DNA of 64,000 nucleotides, from the NCBI GenBank assembly GCA_963765725.1, contig CAVXXI010000001.1:547838-611837 (forward strand), in the 5' to 3' direction. The notes under the pieces are model-generated. The model was not told where the DNA came from and made no database searches. It saw only the letters and a list, made by a program, of their open reading frames with translations. Below, one piece after another: positions 62,414 through 64,000 of this stretch (position 1 is its first letter; each line of letters opens with the position of its first letter). A program made the translations under genes and the position numbers. This stretch comes from an uncultured Actinomycetota bacterium (GTDB lineage: Bacteria > Actinomycetota > Actinomycetes > Propionibacteriales > Nocardioidaceae).

Positions 62414-62435
62414 TGTCGGTGCACCCCGATAGACC
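62414..62435 (+). promoter_or_regulatory. RecA-NDp-like motif upstream of the LysM gene (TGTCGGTG-N8-TAGACC)
   Basis: The upstream element is exact. The -10 lacks the final T. It is 70 nt before ATG 62505. Confidence 0.35.
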
Positions 62436-62504
62436 TGCTCCCAGCACGCGACGCGCGTACGAGTCAGGGCGGCTCGGGCCGGCTCAGCTTCCTGGAGGTC
62501 AGCA

Positions 62505-62942
62505 ATGAGCAGCATGGTCATCGATGTCGAGCAGGTCGACAGTTCCCTCGGGCGACTCAGCCCCTCGCGGGATGCCGCTGGAGGGTCACGCCGGGCCGAG
62601 GGTCGAGGCAGACCCGCGCGACCCCGGCCCAGCACGGCGACCGGCGATCCTCCACTACGGCTGACTCGACGTGGACGCCTGGTCGTCGTGCTGGTCGTGC
62701 TGGCGCTGGCCTACGCCGGGCTGACCATGGTGAGCGCACCCGCGGCCTCCACCGGTCAGGTCCGTCATGTCCGCGCCCAGACGGTCGTCGTCACGCCGGG
62801 AGAGACACTGTGGGACATCGCCAGGTCGGTCGCGCCGGAGTCGGACCCCCGAGACGTGGTCGCGGAGATCGTCGACCTCAACTCCCTGACCGATCCGGGT
62901 GCCATCCGAGTCGGTCAGCCCCTGGATGTGCCGGCGCAGTAG
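62505..62942 (+). CDS. LysM-domain membrane protein (Rv2719c-like, lexA-neighbourhood gene)
   Basis: TM helix LVVVLVVLALAYAGL plus a C-terminal LysM (VVVTPGETLWDIARSV...LNSLTDPGAIRVGQPLDVP). Confidence 0.85.
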   Translation: MSSMVIDVEQVDSSLGRLSPSRDAAGGSRRAEGRGRPARPRPSTATGDPPLRLTRRGRLVVVLVVLALAYAGLTMVSAPAASTGQVRHVRAQTVVVTPGETLWDIARSVAPESDPRDVVAEIVDLNSLTDPGAIRVGQPLDVPAQ

Positions 62943-63023
62943 CAGAACTGCGAGCTCTCGCAGCGCCCCTCGACCCGGCGCAGTGAGTAACGCGCGCCGC
63001 CCCTCGACCCGGCGGAGCGCGGC

Positions 63024-63059
63024 GAGCGGGTCAGCCGCTCCACAGTGGCTGACCCGCTC
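63024..63059. terminator. Perfect 13-bp hairpin between convergent genes (GAGCGGGTCAGCC-10 nt-GGCTGACCCGCTC, followed by TT)
   Basis: Arms at 63024-63036 and 63047-63059, located between the LysM stop (62942) and the protease stop (63122). Confidence 0.5.
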
Positions 63060-63121
63060 TTCGGGGTGTGGGGCCCGTCAGTGCGGCTGACCCGCAGCGC
63101 GCACGACGGAGCTGACGGCAT

Positions 63122-64000
63122 TCAGGGCAGTAGGTGGCGAGCTGTGAGCGCGGCCCGGACCTTACCCATCGAGCCGGTGGCGATGAATCCGTGCTTGGCG
63201 AGCTTGTGCGCCACCTTCACCATGATCGCGGCGCCGGTGGGCATCGTGATCGGGGGGTACATCCAGAACTGCGACTCGATGATGACCTTGGTGGCGTCCG
63301 CGCGACCCATCGACCGGTTCATGTCCCACAGCGCCCGAGACCAGATCTCTCCGCCCATGTGGGGATCGGCCGGATCGAGGTCGGCAGGGTAGGTCTTGGC
63401 GGTGTCCGTGCGTCGAAGACAGTGAACAGGCCCGCTCGTGTACGCGGTGGCGTCCCAGTCGGCGATGCATGCGGTGGCGGGCACGGAGGGCCCCTTCGGT
63501 TGGGTCGGCTGGCTCATCGTGACAGCCATGTAGTCGCCGAAACCCTCTCCCATGGCGCGTCCCTGATTCCTCGTTCCGAAGTCGAGCACCTGGTCGGCCT
63601 GGATGGCGTGCCCGTACTCGTGCCACACCACCTCGGGGTCCTCTGCGTCGTCGACGCCACCGCGGCCGAGGGAGATCTGGTCGTTCTGCGGGGTGAAGTA
63701 GGAGTTGTCCTCGCTGAACGCGTCGGTGAGGATTCGTTGGGGTGACGCGTTCACGTCGTGGAAGCCGAGCCTCTGCAGGAAGGTCTGCTCCCTGGTGGCG
63801 GCGTAGTACGCCTCGGTCTGCTCGAACCTGTTGTCGCTGCGGTTGAATCGGTAGGTGTTCGTCGCCGAATGAGCGACCTTGGGGTTGATGATCTTGGCGT
63901 AGCGACCCGACAGCGTGTGACTGTGGTCGAGGTCGACCAGCCTCACCGGTGTGTAGGCCGTGAGCGGCACGGCACTGGCGGCGTCGTTGTGGTCCTTGAG
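63122..64000 (-). CDS. Zinc metalloprotease (HExxH; fungalysin/thermolysin-like). The N-terminal part lies outside the window.
   Basis: VVWHEYGHAIQ zinc motif and downstream GEGFGDY. The frame stays open to position 64000, so the true start is beyond the window. Confidence 0.7.
   Translation of the reverse strand, partial: LKDHNDAASAVPLTAYTPVRLVDLDHSHTLSGRYAKIINPKVAHSATNTYRFNRSDNRFEQTEAYYAATREQTFLQRLGFHDVNASPQRILTDAFSEDNSYFTPQNDQISLGRGGVDDAEDPEVVWHEYGHAIQADQVLDFGTRNQGRAMGEGFGDYMAVTMSQPTQPKGPSVPATACIADWDATAYTSGPVHCLRRTDTAKTYPADLDPADPHMGGEIWSRALWDMNRSMGRADATKVIIESQFWMYPPITMPTGAAIMVKVAHKLAKHGFIATGSMGKVRAALTARHLLP

Noticed and set aside
62326-62508. 60-aa plus-strand ORF overlapping the SOS boxes
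   Set aside because: It starts inside the operator region, has poor coding character and no motif. The region is better explained as the regulatory 5' region of the LysM gene.
62943-63121. nrdR downstream of the LysM gene, as in mycobacteria
   Set aside because: The gap is only 179 nt, with repeats and a hairpin and no ORF. The next gene is a convergent metalloprotease.

Overview
This is a very GC-rich window (judged by eye, not computed) from an actinobacterial chromosome, possibly Nocardioides-like or Propionibacteriales-like; that placement is a low-confidence guess. No rRNA, tRNA, transposase, integrase, cas gene or CRISPR array was recognised.

The backbone follows the conserved actinobacterial order: thyX-dapA-rnj, ftsK, rimO-pgsA-cinA-clgR, nei-lhr, recA-recX, miaB, miaA-dapF-hflX, dinG-like helicase, lexA, LysM protein. 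Interspersed modules are:
- a NarL-type two-component system with an ABC/FtsX transporter (1-3790)
- a tad/Flp pilus locus (5345-9929), including a 57-aa pilin-like ORF missing from the ORF track
- paaABCDE (10347-13995)
- an accessory insertion between rnj and ftsK (about 17.7-28 kb)
- a DrrA-like ABC exporter (42551-45113)

Main points from the hunt:
1. Top candidate for a new system: a tightly packed operon of ECF sigma factor, unknown 154-aa protein, cytoplasmic S8 protease and TPR-CHAT protease (21249-26381). It recalls the Craspase (Csx29/Csx30/Csx31/RpoE) protease-to-sigma logic but has no CRISPR-Cas.
2. A dispersed family of 22-bp tandem repeat arrays sits at five intergenic loci. One is an inverted composite and one lies directly upstream of the recA control region.
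3. DNA-damage wiring is readable. Mycobacterial-type SOS boxes lie at recA, lexA and the LysM gene. RecA-NDp/PafBC-type promoter motifs (TGTCR..-N8-TAnnnT) lie at recA, lexA, lhr, the divergent ABC gene, dinG and the LysM gene. Several of these imply leaderless mRNAs.
4. Two apparent 1-nt frameshifts interrupt rnj and the FtsX permease.
5. There is an unexplained promoter plus hairpin region between thyX and dapA, and a Cys/His-rich 43-aa sORF.

Many long Arg/Pro-rich ORFs in the track are antisense or off-frame artefacts of high GC and were not called. All coordinates and translations were worked out by hand from the sequence, and no database search was possible.
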